From NCBI GenBank assembly GCA_965219675.1, contig OZ244786.1, positions 138,378 through 202,377 of the forward strand: a DNA stretch of 64,000 nt, in the 5' to 3' direction. Position numbers and translations under genes: made by a program. The stretch is from Candidatus Multivorans sp. (lineage in GTDB: Bacteria; Acidobacteriota; Thermoanaerobaculia; Multivoradales; Multivoraceae). The number at the start of each line of letters is the position of its first letter. The stretch's first letter is position 1. Positions 29,935 through 38,950 of this stretch are shown piece after piece. Below the pieces are notes generated by a model, which saw only the letters and a list, made by a program, of their open reading frames with translations, searched no databases and was not told the origin of the DNA.

Positions 29935-31329
29935 GTGGCTGGCGAGGCCGGCGCGGCCGTGATTCTCGCTGCTGGCGGCGGCGAACGGCTGCGCTCCGAG
30001 TTGCCCCGGGCCCTGCATCGCGTTGGCGGCCGAGCTCTCGTGGCGTGGGTCGTTGCGGCAGCACGCGAAGCCGGTTGCGCGCCCATCCACGTGGTCGTCG
30101 GAAGTGGGGCTGGGGAGATCCGGAAGGTCCTCGAGGAAGAGGGTCTCGGGGAAGAGGCATTAGGCGGCGGGGAGATTCTCCGCCTGGAGCAGCGCGAGCC
30201 GGAGGGCACGCGGAGGGGCACGGCGCACGCACTACTGATGGCCCGCCAGGCTCTGCATGCCGCCGGGTCCGTGCTGGTCGTCTCCGGCGACGTGCCCCTG
30301 GTTCGGCCGGCGACGCTCCGGAGGCTCAAGGAAGGCGCTCGCGATGCCTGGGGGAGCGTTGCGGTAGCCGATCTGGACGATCCGGGCAGTCTCGGTCGGG
30401 TGATCCGGAGCAATGGCCGGTTGGAGCGGATCGTGGAGGCGGCGGACGCCGGCGAACGGGAACTCGCGATGCGAACCGTGAACGCCGGGCACTACGCGCT
30501 GCCCGTTCCGGCGATCTTCGACTGGCTGGAGAAACTCGCTGCCGGCAGGGGAGAGAACGAGGTCCGTCTGACGGATGCCGTGTGCGAGGCAGCGCGGCAG
30601 CACCCGGTTGCCTGCGTGACGGTGGAGGACCCATCGGAAGCGGTCGGCGTCAGATCGCGCGCCGACCTGGCCGCTCTCCAGCGCGTCGTTTACCGGCGCA
30701 GTGCCGAGGCGCTGCTCGAGGCCGGCGTCACGATCCTCGATCCGGAGAGCGCCTGGGTGGATGCCACCGCGACGGTCGGTCCCGATTCCGTGCTGCACCC
30801 TGGCGTCACGCTGCTGGGCGCCAGCAGCGTTGGACGCGGTTGTACCGTCCACAGTGGTGCCTGGCTCCGTGACAGTGTCCTCGCGGACGGGGTGGACGTA
30901 CTGCCCTACTCGGTTCTCGACGGCGCCCGCGTCGCCTCGGGCTGCAGCGTCGGCCCGTTCGCGCGCCTGCGGCCGGAGGCGGTTCTGGAGGAAGGCGCGC
31001 GGGTCGGCAACTTCGTCGAGGTGAAGAAGTCGACCCTGGGGCCGGGCGTCAAGGCCTCCCATCTCTCCTACCTGGGCGATTCGTCGGTCGGTGCGGGCGC
31101 CAACATCGGCGCCGGAGTCGTCACGTGCAACTACGATGGCAAGACGAAGAACCGCACGGTGATCGGCGAGGGAGCGTTCGTGGGCAGCGACACGATCCTC
31201 ATCGCGCCGGTCGAGGTCGGCGCGGGGAGTTACACGGGCGCCGGTTCGGTGATCACGAAGGACGTGCCGGAGGAGACTCTCGCCGTCGGCCGCGCGCGCC
31301 AGAAGAACATCAAGCGCCGGCCGCGGTGA
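29935..31329 (+). CDS. glmU: Bifunctional UDP-N-acetylglucosamine pyrophosphorylase/glucosamine-1-phosphate N-acetyltransferase
   Basis: It has the N-terminal AVILAAGGGERL nucleotidyltransferase motif and C-terminal hexapeptide repeats ending NYDGKTKNRTVIGEGAFVGSDTILIAPVEVG. Confidence 0.9.
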   Translation: MAGEAGAAVILAAGGGERLRSELPRALHRVGGRALVAWVVAAAREAGCAPIHVVVGSGAGEIRKVLEEEGLGEEALGGGEILRLEQREPEGTRRGTAHALLMARQALHAAGSVLVVSGDVPLVRPATLRRLKEGARDAWGSVAVADLDDPGSLGRVIRSNGRLERIVEAADAGERELAMRTVNAGHYALPVPAIFDWLEKLAAGRGENEVRLTDAVCEAARQHPVACVTVEDPSEAVGVRSRADLAALQRVVYRRSAEALLEAGVTILDPESAWVDATATVGPDSVLHPGVTLLGASSVGRGCTVHSGAWLRDSVLADGVDVLPYSVLDGARVASGCSVGPFARLRPEAVLEEGARVGNFVEVKKSTLGPGVKASHLSYLGDSSVGAGANIGAGVVTCNYDGKTKNRTVIGEGAFVGSDTILIAPVEVGAGSYTGAGSVITKDVPEETLAVGRARQKNIKRRPR

Positions 31330-31358
31330 CTTGCCCCGGCGCCCGGAGCTGAACCTGC

Positions 31359-33716
31359 ATGGCGAACCGAGACGGTGACTGCCCCGAACTGGTGGACCTC
31401 CGTTCGCGCCTGAACCCGGAACAGTTGGCGGCGGTCACCCACGACGGCGGGCCGCAACTCGTCATCGCCGGCGCCGGGTCGGGCAAGACCCGGGTCATCA
31501 CCTACCGGATCGCCTGGCTGATTGCCGAGAAGGAGGTCGAGCCGTGGCGGATCGCGGCGGTGACCTTCACCAACAAGGCGGCGGACGAGATGCGCGGGCG
31601 GGTGCTCGACCTGGTCGGCGGCAACGCGAGTGTCTTCGTCGGTACCTTCCACCGGTTCTGCGTGCGCCTGCTGCGGCGCTACGGGGATCGTGTCGGGCTC
31701 CAGTCCGACTTCGCGATCGTGGACGCGCCGGACCAGTTGCGGTTGATCAAGGCGGCTCTGAACGCGGAGGACCTGGACGAACAGACGTTCCAGCCCCGCT
31801 CGGTCCAGGGACGGATCAGCGCAGCCAAGAACCGGCTGCTGACGCCGGCGGCGTTCGAGCGCGGGGCGGAGGACTTCTTCGACCGCCACGTCGCCGCGGT
31901 CTACCGTCGCTACCAGGCTGAACTGCGGCGCGCGGGCGGCGTCGACTTCGACGATCTGATCGCGCTCGCGGTGCGGCTGCTGCGAGACGAAGCGGACATC
32001 GGCCAGCGGGTTCGGGGACGCTTCCGTCACCTGCTCGTCGACGAGTTCCAGGACACGAATGCGGCCCAGCTCGAACTGATCAGGAACCTCGTGCTCGACC
32101 CGGACGGCTCGGTCTCCGGGCTGACCGCGGTCGGCGACGAGGACCAGAGCATCTACGGCTGGCGGGGGGCCGAGATCGACAACCTGCTTCGCTTCGAGCG
32201 CCACTTCCCCGGCGCCCGGGTTCGCAAGCTGGAACGCAACTACCGTTCGACGCAGAACATCCTCGACGCTTCGGGCGCGGTGATCGCACGCAACGAGGAG
32301 CGGCGCGGCAAGACGCTGTGGACCGACACCGGCGCGGGCGATCCGCTGCAGCTCTTCTTCGCCGCCGATCAGGAGGACGAGGCGCGCTGGGTCGTGCGGC
32401 AGGTGGGGGAGCTTCGCGCCAACGGCTTCGAGTTCGGCGAAATGGCGGTGCTCGTGCGCACCAACGCGCAGACGCGGGCGATCGAAGACCAGATGCTGCG
32501 CAGCGAAGTTCCTTACTGCCTGGTCGCGGGCGTTCGCTTCTACGAGCGCGCCGAGGTGAAGGATCTGGCCGCGTACCTTCGGGTGATCAACAACCCGCGG
32601 GACAACCTGTCTCTCCGCCGGATCCTGAACCAGCCGCGACGGGGGATCGGCCGCAAGACCGAGGAGCTCCTGCTCGCCCGGGCGGCGAAGATGGGCCACG
32701 CCCTGTGGGATGCGATCCGGCTCGACCCGCTGCAGGAGCTGCCGGCGCGGAACCGGCGCGCCGTGGACGACTTTCGAGGTCTGGTCGAGGCGTTGCGTAA
32801 GGAGGCCGAACGCCAGCCGCTGGCCGAACTGGTGCGGGGGACGATCGTCGCGGCCGGGTTCGAAGCGCTCTACGGCAAGGGCGACGAGGAGGGACGCGAG
32901 CGGCTGGACAACCTGCGCGAGCTGGTGTCGTCGGCGCAGGACTTCCAGATCCGGTACGGCTGTGAAGACATGCCAGCCAGGATTCCGGCCGCGGCGCTGG
33001 CCCCGGCGCTCGACGATCCCCTGGGCCCGGCCGCCGGCGAGACGGACGAGGAGCCGCCGACCAGCCCGCTGACGAACTTCCTGGACTACGTCTCGCTGGT
33101 CAGCGACACGGACGGCCTGAACGCCGAGCTCGGCGTTGCGGTCATGACCCTGCACAGCGCCAAGGGCCTCGAGTACCCGGCCGTCTTCGTCACCGGACTC
33201 GAGGACGGCCTGCTGCCGCATTTCCACGCCGGGGGCGGCGCGCGGGACATCGAGGAGGAAAGGCGGCTGTTCTACGTCGGCATGACCCGCGCCGAACGGC
33301 GGCTGTTCCTCAGCGGCTGCCGCCGCCGGATGATCGCGGGCATGTTCCAGGATCAGCAGCCCTCACCCTTCCTGATCGACGTGCCGGAGGAACTCGTCGA
33401 GACCGCCCAGAGCCCGGACATCTACGCCGGGCCGCGCACCGCGGGCGTTCGCAGCTTCTTCGGCGCCGATCGCTCCGCCGGCGGCAGGTACCGGCCGGCG
33501 CCGCCCTCGGGCCTGAAGAGTCGAGCGTCGGGAGGGCCCTTCAAGCAGGGCGCCGGCGGTTTGCGCCCGGGCGCGTACGTACGTCACGCCACGCTGGGCA
33601 AGGGAGTGGTTCTGCACCTCGACGGCCAGGGCGACAACGCCAAACTGACTGTCTTCTTCGACAAGGCAGGCAAACGGAAGCTCGTCCGCCGCTACGCCCC
33701 GCTGGAGGTTCTCTGA
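31359..33716 (+). CDS. uvrD: UvrD/PcrA/Rep-family ATP-dependent DNA helicase
   Basis: LNPEQLAAVTHDGGPQLVIAGAGSGKTRVITYRIAWLI, LLVDEFQDTN, YRSTQNIL and MTLHSAKGLEYPAVFV are present. Confidence 0.9.
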   Translation: MANRDGDCPELVDLRSRLNPEQLAAVTHDGGPQLVIAGAGSGKTRVITYRIAWLIAEKEVEPWRIAAVTFTNKAADEMRGRVLDLVGGNASVFVGTFHRFCVRLLRRYGDRVGLQSDFAIVDAPDQLRLIKAALNAEDLDEQTFQPRSVQGRISAAKNRLLTPAAFERGAEDFFDRHVAAVYRRYQAELRRAGGVDFDDLIALAVRLLRDEADIGQRVRGRFRHLLVDEFQDTNAAQLELIRNLVLDPDGSVSGLTAVGDEDQSIYGWRGAEIDNLLRFERHFPGARVRKLERNYRSTQNILDASGAVIARNEERRGKTLWTDTGAGDPLQLFFAADQEDEARWVVRQVGELRANGFEFGEMAVLVRTNAQTRAIEDQMLRSEVPYCLVAGVRFYERAEVKDLAAYLRVINNPRDNLSLRRILNQPRRGIGRKTEELLLARAAKMGHALWDAIRLDPLQELPARNRRAVDDFRGLVEALRKEAERQPLAELVRGTIVAAGFEALYGKGDEEGRERLDNLRELVSSAQDFQIRYGCEDMPARIPAAALAPALDDPLGPAAGETDEEPPTSPLTNFLDYVSLVSDTDGLNAELGVAVMTLHSAKGLEYPAVFVTGLEDGLLPHFHAGGGARDIEEERRLFYVGMTRAERRLFLSGCRRRMIAGMFQDQQPSPFLIDVPEELVETAQSPDIYAGPRTAGVRSFFGADRSAGGRYRPAPPSGLKSRASGGPFKQGAGGLRPGAYVRHATLGKGVVLHLDGQGDNAKLTVFFDKAGKRKLVRRYAPLEVL

Positions 33717-33752
33717 GGCTTGGCGTGCTGCTACACTCCGGCGCCTGCCTGT

Positions 33753-33826
33753 CGGGGCGTGGCGCAGTCTGGTAGCGCACCTGCCTTGGGCGCAGGGGGT
33801 CCTCAGTTCAAATCTGGGCGCCCCGA
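33753..33826 (+). tRNA. tRNA-Pro (anticodon TGG), CCA not encoded
   Basis: The hand-folded cloverleaf has acceptor CGGGGCG/CGCCCCG, anticodon arm CCTGC-CTTGGGC-GCAGG and T-loop TTCAAAT. Confidence 0.88.
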
Positions 33827-33869
33827 TATCGCTCGCATGCCCAGGCCTCGGCTACCCTGTCGCTTTCGC

Positions 33870-33946
33870 CTGCCTGTAGCTCAGCTGGATAGAGCGGCGG
33901 CCTTCTAAGCCGCGGGTCGGGGGTTCGAGTCCCTCCAGGCAGGCCA
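33870..33946 (+). tRNA. tRNA-Arg (anticodon TCT), CCA encoded
   Basis: Acceptor CTGCCTG/CAGGCAG, D-arm GCTCAGCTGGATAGAGC, anticodon arm GCGGC-CTTCTAA-GCCGC, T-loop TTCGAGT. Confidence 0.85.
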
Positions 33947-33975
33947 GTCGTTTTGGAGTTCAGTCGGACAAATCT

Positions 33976-34052
33976 GGTGGGTGTAGCTCAACCGGTAGAG
34001 CGCTTGATTGTGGTTCAAGTGGTTGGGGGTTCAAGTCCCCTCACCCACCCCA
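33976..34052 (+). tRNA. tRNA-His (anticodon GTG) with encoded G-1 and CCA
   Basis: An extra 5' G precedes acceptor GTGGGTG/CACCCAC. The anticodon arm is CTTGA-TTGTGGT-TCAAG. Confidence 0.88.
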
Positions 34053-34079
34053 TGTCCGTTTTCGTATCCTCCCGTTCGC

Positions 34080-34156
34080 GCGCCCGTAGCTCAGCTGGAT
34101 AGAGCGACGGCCTCCGGAGCCGTAGGTCAGGGGTTCGAATCCCTTCGGGCGCACCA
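34080..34156 (+). tRNA. tRNA-Arg (anticodon CCG), CCA encoded
   Basis: Acceptor GCGCCCG/CGGGCGC, anticodon arm ACGGC-CTCCGGA-GCCGT, T-loop TTCGAAT. Confidence 0.88.
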
Positions 34157-34171
34157 TAGATCTGGCTCCCC

Positions 34172-35257
34172 TTACGGCGAGTCGAGCCCTGCCAGGCAGG
34201 CCTCAACCACCTGGTCGGCTCCCAGCCGCTCCATGCAGGCGAAGTCGCCGCGGCTGCAAGTGCGCCGCCAGCACGGCTGGCATTCCAGCCGCCGGTCGAG
34301 TTCCACGGAAGCCGACCGCGATCCGTAGGGCCCGTTGCGTGCGGGATCGGTCGGCCCGAACACGGACACGCAGGGGATGTCGAGGGCTGCCGCCAGGTGG
34401 GCGGGGCCGGAATCGCAGCCCACGAACAGGGCTGCGTGGCGCAGCAGCGTCGCCAATTCGCGGAGATCGGTCGGCGGGGCGAGAAGCGTCTCGCAGCCGC
34501 CCTTGGCGCGAGTCACGATCTTCGCGGCTGCCCGCCGTTCCTCTTCGCCCGCCCAGACGACGACCACGGGAAGGCCGCGTTCGCTTCCCAGGCGTCGCAC
34601 CACGTCCGCGAAGTGCTCCGTAGGCCAGAGCTTCGTGCGCCAGATCGTGCCGGGCGAGACCACGGCGTAGCTGCCCGCCGCCAGGTCGTGGCGCGTGAGG
34701 AAGTCGAGGGCCTCAGGCTCGGCGTAGTCGGGCAGACGCCACTCGGCGACAGGCGCTTCCTGGCCGGCCAGGCCCGAGGCCCGGAGCAGGGCCAGGTTGC
34801 GGTCGACGACGTGGGTCACCGCCGGGTCGACGGCGAAGCGGCGGTTCAGGAACAGGGCGTTCAGCTCCCTGCTTCCCATCGCGGGCCCGCCGCGGAAACC
34901 GATCCGCTGCCGGGCACGGCTCCACCAGGCTACGAGGCCGCTCTTGGTGAGGCCCTGGACATCGATCGCGACGTCGTAGCGGCAGCTTCTGAGGTCGCTG
35001 CGGAAGCGCCTGAAGGCCTTGAACTGCGCCCAAATCCCGCTGGCCCGGCGAGGATAGACGTGGAGGCGGTCGACGGCGGGGCTGTCCCGCAGGAGATCCG
35101 CGGCTGGCTCCTGAATCGCCCAGCCGATGAAGGCGTCCGGATGCGCCCGGCGAAGCGCCGCTGCCACCGGGGCGGCGTGCAGACAGTCGCCGATCGCTGA
35201 AAGGCGTACCAGGAGAACGCGAAGTGGGCGGGGGGGTTGCGCTTCTGTGTCCGTCAT
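34172..35257 (-). CDS. Family-9 glycosyltransferase (LPS heptosyltransferase-like)
   Basis: [37 protein letters not shown] and the C-terminal [15 protein letters not shown] are GT9 hallmarks. The start is placed at ATG 35257. Confidence 0.82.
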   Translation of the reverse strand: MTDTEAQPPRPLRVLLVRLSAIGDCLHAAPVAAALRRAHPDAFIGWAIQEPAADLLRDSPAVDRLHVYPRRASGIWAQFKAFRRFRSDLRSCRYDVAIDVQGLTKSGLVAWWSRARQRIGFRGGPAMGSRELNALFLNRRFAVDPAVTHVVDRNLALLRASGLAGQEAPVAEWRLPDYAEPEALDFLTRHDLAAGSYAVVSPGTIWRTKLWPTEHFADVVRRLGSERGLPVVVVWAGEEERRAAAKIVTRAKGGCETLLAPPTDLRELATLLRHAALFVGCDSGPAHLAAALDIPCVSVFGPTDPARNGPYGSRSASVELDRRLECQPCWRRTCSRGDFACMERLGADQVVEACLAGLDSP

Positions 35258-35324
35258 CGGTGCCGGTCCGGGGCTGATCTGAGCATACGGTTCGCCATCG
35301 GCCGCTGCTTGGCATACTCGGACC

Positions 35325-35579
35325 ATGCAGGACGAACCGGACGCCGAATCGTCGTCGATTCGCCCGCCGACGTTCGACCGGATCGCGATCCGGTTGCTTG
35401 TGGTGGCTCTCCTCGCTGGTGTGCTGGCGGTACCGGTCCTCATGCTCTGGCGTGACTTCAGCTGGTTGATGGCGCTCTCCAGTGCCGCCGGCGTCGCTCT
35501 CCTGATCTTCTTCAGCGGCCGCGCGGTACGGGTCCTGAACTTCGAGTGGCGGCGGCCGCCCTTCGAGCGGGAGGACTAG
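35325..35579 (+). CDS. Small hypothetical membrane protein (two hydrophobic spans)
   Basis: IAIRLLVVALLAGVLAVPVLMLW and WLMALSSAAGVALLIFF are hydrophobic spans. It lies directly upstream of the NUDIX gene. Confidence 0.45.
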   Translation: MQDEPDAESSSIRPPTFDRIAIRLLVVALLAGVLAVPVLMLWRDFSWLMALSSAAGVALLIFFSGRAVRVLNFEWRRPPFERED

Positions 35580-35585
35580 GCGGCT

Positions 35586-36149
35586 GTGAAGCAGGTCCGT
35601 CCCTGGCACGTCGAGGCCGAACGCTCGGTCTTCGACCACCCGCTGCTCAAGGTCGAGATCCAGAAGCTCCGCGCCGGCGGCGACCGTCGCGAGGCGCTGG
35701 TGCTTCGATCGGCGGATTGGGTCAACGTGATTCCCCTGCTCGAGTCCGACTCGCAGGCGGACGGGCCGACCGTCGTGTTCATCCGCCAGTGGCGATTCGG
35801 GCGAGCGGAAGAGTCGCTGGAGATTCCGGGCGGGATCGTCGAAGCGGGCGAGGACGCGGGAGTCGCCGCGGGCCGGGAACTGCACGAAGAGACCGGATAC
35901 CGGGCCGGCAGGATCGAACGCCTGGGCGTGGTCGAGCCCAACCCCGCCATCCTCGACAACGTGTGCTCGCTGTGGCTGGCACGCGACCTGGTCCTTACCG
36001 GCGATCCGATCGGCGACGGCAGCGAGGAGCTGGAAGTGGTCCACGTACCGTTGCGCGAGGTCCCCGAGCGGATCGAGAGCGGCGAGATCCGTCACTCGCT
36101 CGTTGTCACCGCCTTCTACTTCTACGCCCGGCGCCACGGCTTCTCTTGA
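35586..36149 (+). CDS. NUDIX hydrolase (ADP-ribose pyrophosphatase-like)
   Basis: The Nudix box is GGIVEAGEDAGVAAGRELHEETGY. Confidence 0.85.
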   Translation: MKQVRPWHVEAERSVFDHPLLKVEIQKLRAGGDRREALVLRSADWVNVIPLLESDSQADGPTVVFIRQWRFGRAEESLEIPGGIVEAGEDAGVAAGRELHEETGYRAGRIERLGVVEPNPAILDNVCSLWLARDLVLTGDPIGDGSEELEVVHVPLREVPERIESGEIRHSLVVTAFYFYARRHGFS

Positions 36150-36214
36150 GCGAACGTCGGCAACGGCCGCCCGTCAGGCTTGCCGCGCGCAGCGGCGCCG
36201 CGCCAGTTCGGGGC

Positions 36215-36880
36215 GTGTCCTTTGACGCCACGGGCACGCTCCTGATCTGCCCGCGCCGGGGTGAGATCTACGCCGAAGTCCTCGCGCGCCACGGTCTGGT
36301 CCTTACAGGGGACGAGATCGACCGCAGCTTCCGGACGGCATGGAGCGAGTTCGACTGCCGGCTCGAACGCGGGGAGGACCGTTACAGCAGCCATCCGGGC
36401 GGCGCCCGTGGCTTCTGGCGCGAGCTGCTGGAGAGATCTTGCGCGCTGCTCGGGAAGGAAGCGCCCGGGCCTTTCGCAGCCGCCGAGCTGTTCGCCCGTT
36501 TCGAACGGGCGGATGCCTGGGAGCTTCGTCCCGGTGTTCGCGCGGTGCTGGCCGAACTGCGACGCCGCGGCCAGAGAGTCGCGGTGACCAGCAATTGGGA
36601 CCGCCGGCTGTCGCGGGTGCTGTCGAACCTCGGCCTGGGCGCCGATATCGATGCCGTCGTGTGCTCGGAGGATGTGGGATCGGCGAAGCCGGCCGAGACG
36701 ATCTTCCTGGCTGCGTGCCGGGAACTCGACCTGGCGCCGGCATCGGTTCTCCACGTCGGCGACGCCAAGATCGAGGATCGCGAGGGCGCCGAGGCGGCTG
36801 GCCTGCAGGCCTTGTGGTTGAACGCGGCCGAAGGCGACATCGGGGCGCTGGAGGACGTGCTGGACTACGTCGCGGGTTGA
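36215..36880 (+). CDS. HAD-superfamily hydrolase (subfamily IA-like)
   Basis: VSFDATGTLL (motif I variant), VTSNWD (motif II) and KP...HVGDAKIEDREGA (motifs III/IV) are present. TTG 36146, overlapping the NUDIX TGA, is an alternative start. Confidence 0.75.
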   Translation: MSFDATGTLLICPRRGEIYAEVLARHGLVLTGDEIDRSFRTAWSEFDCRLERGEDRYSSHPGGARGFWRELLERSCALLGKEAPGPFAAAELFARFERADAWELRPGVRAVLAELRRRGQRVAVTSNWDRRLSRVLSNLGLGADIDAVVCSEDVGSAKPAETIFLAACRELDLAPASVLHVGDAKIEDREGAEAAGLQALWLNAAEGDIGALEDVLDYVAG

Positions 36881-36918
36881 CGCGGACTGCTACACTGGCT
36901 CATGGCAGCGAGTGCGCA

Positions 36919-37422
36919 ATGAAGATATCGACCAAGGGCGAGTACGGTATCCGCGCCATGCTGTACGTGGCGATGAACGCGGACGAGGGCCCGGTGCCGA
37001 GCCACGAGATCGCGATCAATCAGGGCATCCCCGAGCCGTACCTGCGCCAGATCCTGGCGGCCCTTGCCCGCTTTCAGTTGATCCGCTCGAACCGGGGCCC
37101 CCAGGGCGGGCACCTGCTGGGGCGGCCGGCGGGTGACATCTCCATGCACGACATCCTGGTCGCACTGGAGGGGCACACGACCTCGATCGACCACATTCTG
37201 GCTCAGCCCTGCACGATCGGTGTCGGGCCCAAGCACTGCGCGATCCGCGAGGTCTTCCTGAACGTCAAGGAGGCGGTCGAGAACATCCTCTGCAACCTGA
37301 GCCTTGCCGATCTGGCCGAACGCCAGCAGGAAGTCTGCGAGTGCAAGATCGAGATCCCGCACGACCTGCCGGCGGAGCGCCTCCACGGGCCGTCGGGCCG
37401 GCTGCAGGTGCTGAGCGACTGA
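36919..37422 (+). CDS. Rrf2-family transcriptional regulator
   Basis: MKISTKGEYGIRAMLYVA...VPSHEIAINQGIPEPYLRQILAALARFQLIRSNRGPQGGHLL. Confidence 0.88.
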   Translation: MKISTKGEYGIRAMLYVAMNADEGPVPSHEIAINQGIPEPYLRQILAALARFQLIRSNRGPQGGHLLGRPAGDISMHDILVALEGHTTSIDHILAQPCTIGVGPKHCAIREVFLNVKEAVENILCNLSLADLAERQQEVCECKIEIPHDLPAERLHGPSGRLQVLSD

Positions 37423-37964
37423 CGGTCGGTCCGGGAGCGTCGCGGCGGTCGCGCCGTCGCCGGGGTGGGAGTGCCTGCCTGGTGTTGCTGGCGCCAGTCG
37501 TGATGTTCGCCTGGTCGTGCGTCGTGCCCGCGGACCCGCCGCCGCTGGACGACGGCGACCTGGAGAGTCTGTCGGTGGAGCCGCCGCGCGACTCCGTGTT
37601 CCGGCCCGACGAGGATCAGCGTGAGCGCCGGGCGCCGCCGGTCCCGCTCGGCGGGCGTCTTCCGGGCGCGTTCCCGGAGGACTTCCCGCTCCCCGACGGG
37701 TCGACCGTGTTCGACTTCGGCGAAGTTCGGCGGGACGGCGAAGCTGACGAGCCTGCCGAAGTGGAGTTCGTGAGCCTGCGGCTGCCGCTCGGCGCCCCGT
37801 CGGCGCGGGACTGGCTGCTGCGCGAGGCCCAGGCTGCGGGCTGGCGTGCGTCGCTGGGGGACACCATGACGTTTCGGCGGAGTGACCGCTGGGTCCGGGT
37901 CGCGATCGAACCGGGCCGGACCGCCGGCAGGTCGGCCGCCCGCTTCGAGTACGCCAGGCCCTGA
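37419..37964 (+). CDS. Hypothetical exported protein
   Basis: An Arg-rich stretch followed by a hydrophobic segment (RRSRRRRGGSACLVLLAPVVMFAW) looks like a signal sequence. The body is acidic with no recognised domain. The start is uncertain: CTG 37419 overlapping the Rrf2 TGA, ATG 37341, or an internal GTG/TTG. Confidence 0.4.
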   Translation: MTVGPGASRRSRRRRGGSACLVLLAPVVMFAWSCVVPADPPPLDDGDLESLSVEPPRDSVFRPDEDQRERRAPPVPLGGRLPGAFPEDFPLPDGSTVFDFGEVRRDGEADEPAEVEFVSLRLPLGAPSARDWLLREAQAAGWRASLGDTMTFRRSDRWVRVAIEPGRTAGRSAARFEYARP

Positions 37965-38029
37965 GCCCGCGGCCGCTGTTAGCATCGCGCGACCGGGCGG
38001 CCGGTTGGCCGCAGGGGGTACAGGTACAG

Positions 38030-38950
38030 GTGACCGAGATGGCGGGTCCATTCACGCTGAAGCGCGCCGAGAAGTACGGCTTCTGCGCCGGCGTGCGCAT
38101 CGCCGACAGGACGGTGCGAAAACTGGCCTCGGAGGGCCGGAGCGGTAAGATCCTGGGCCAGTTGGTGCACAACGAACACGTCGTCTCGGACCTCGTGCAA
38201 CTGGGCTTCGCCACGGCCAGTTCTCTCGACGAGGTTCGAGCCGGCACCATCGTGTTCTCGGCCCATGGCGTGCCGCCGTCCTTTCACCGCCGGGCGCTTG
38301 AGCGCGGCCTTCTGGTGGTCGACACGACCTGCCCGTTCGTCTACGACGTCCACGAGGAGGCTCGGCAGGCGCTCGAAACGGGCTACCACGCGGTGTTCAT
38401 CGGCGATTCCGGCCACCGCGAAGTGATCGGTTACACCCGGGATCTCGATCCCGACGACTACGACGTCGTATTGACGACCGCGGATGTCAAGCGCATCGAC
38501 TTCGACCGCCATCCCAGAGTGAAGATCTTCTACCAGACGACCCTGAACAGTGAGGAGTACGAGGACGTGGCGGCTGCGATCGAGGGTACGGCCGATCACG
38601 CCGAGCGGGCGGACACGATCTGCTACGCGACGAAGGAAAACCAGGATGCGGCGCGCGATCTCGCAGCCGATCCCGAGGTCGACTGCATCGTCGTCGTCGG
38701 CGGGCGGCACAGCGCGAACACCAGGCACCTGTGGGAGATCTGCCGGGCCGCGCAGCCGCGGAGCTACCTGGTGCACGCTGCGGACGATCTGCGGCCGGAG
38801 TGGTTCGCGGATTGCGGGGCGGTGGGAGTTACGGCGGGGGCCTCGACGCCGGACTCGATGATCGAGGAGATCGAGAGCGCGATCGAGTTGCTGGGGGCGT
38901 CTCCGGCGCCTGCAACCGGGCCGCTCGCCGCCTCGGAGGTCGCGCTTTGA
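38030..38950 (+). CDS. ispH: 4-hydroxy-3-methylbut-2-enyl diphosphate reductase
   Basis: YGFCAGVRIA, GQLVHNEHV, FSAHGVPP, DTTCPFV, ICYATKENQDA and VVGGRHSANTRHL are present, including the three conserved Cys. Confidence 0.92.
   Translation: MTEMAGPFTLKRAEKYGFCAGVRIADRTVRKLASEGRSGKILGQLVHNEHVVSDLVQLGFATASSLDEVRAGTIVFSAHGVPPSFHRRALERGLLVVDTTCPFVYDVHEEARQALETGYHAVFIGDSGHREVIGYTRDLDPDDYDVVLTTADVKRIDFDRHPRVKIFYQTTLNSEEYEDVAAAIEGTADHAERADTICYATKENQDAARDLAADPEVDCIVVVGGRHSANTRHLWEICRAAQPRSYLVHAADDLRPEWFADCGAVGVTAGASTPDSMIEEIESAIELLGASPAPATGPLAASEVAL

Noticed and set aside
31230-33227. A 665-aa minus-strand ORF opposite the UvrD/PcrA helicase
   Set aside because: It is a shadow ORF. The helicase motifs on the plus strand are decisive.
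34008-34328. Track ORFs running through the tRNA-His/tRNA-Arg genes
   Set aside because: They overlap well-folded tRNA genes and have no coding support.
35230-35236. A homopolymeric C7/G7 tract in codons 8-10 of the heptosyltransferase gene, considered as a slipped-strand phase-variation site
   Set aside because: Runs of 6-7 G or C are expected by chance at this GC content. Characterised contingency tracts are usually longer.
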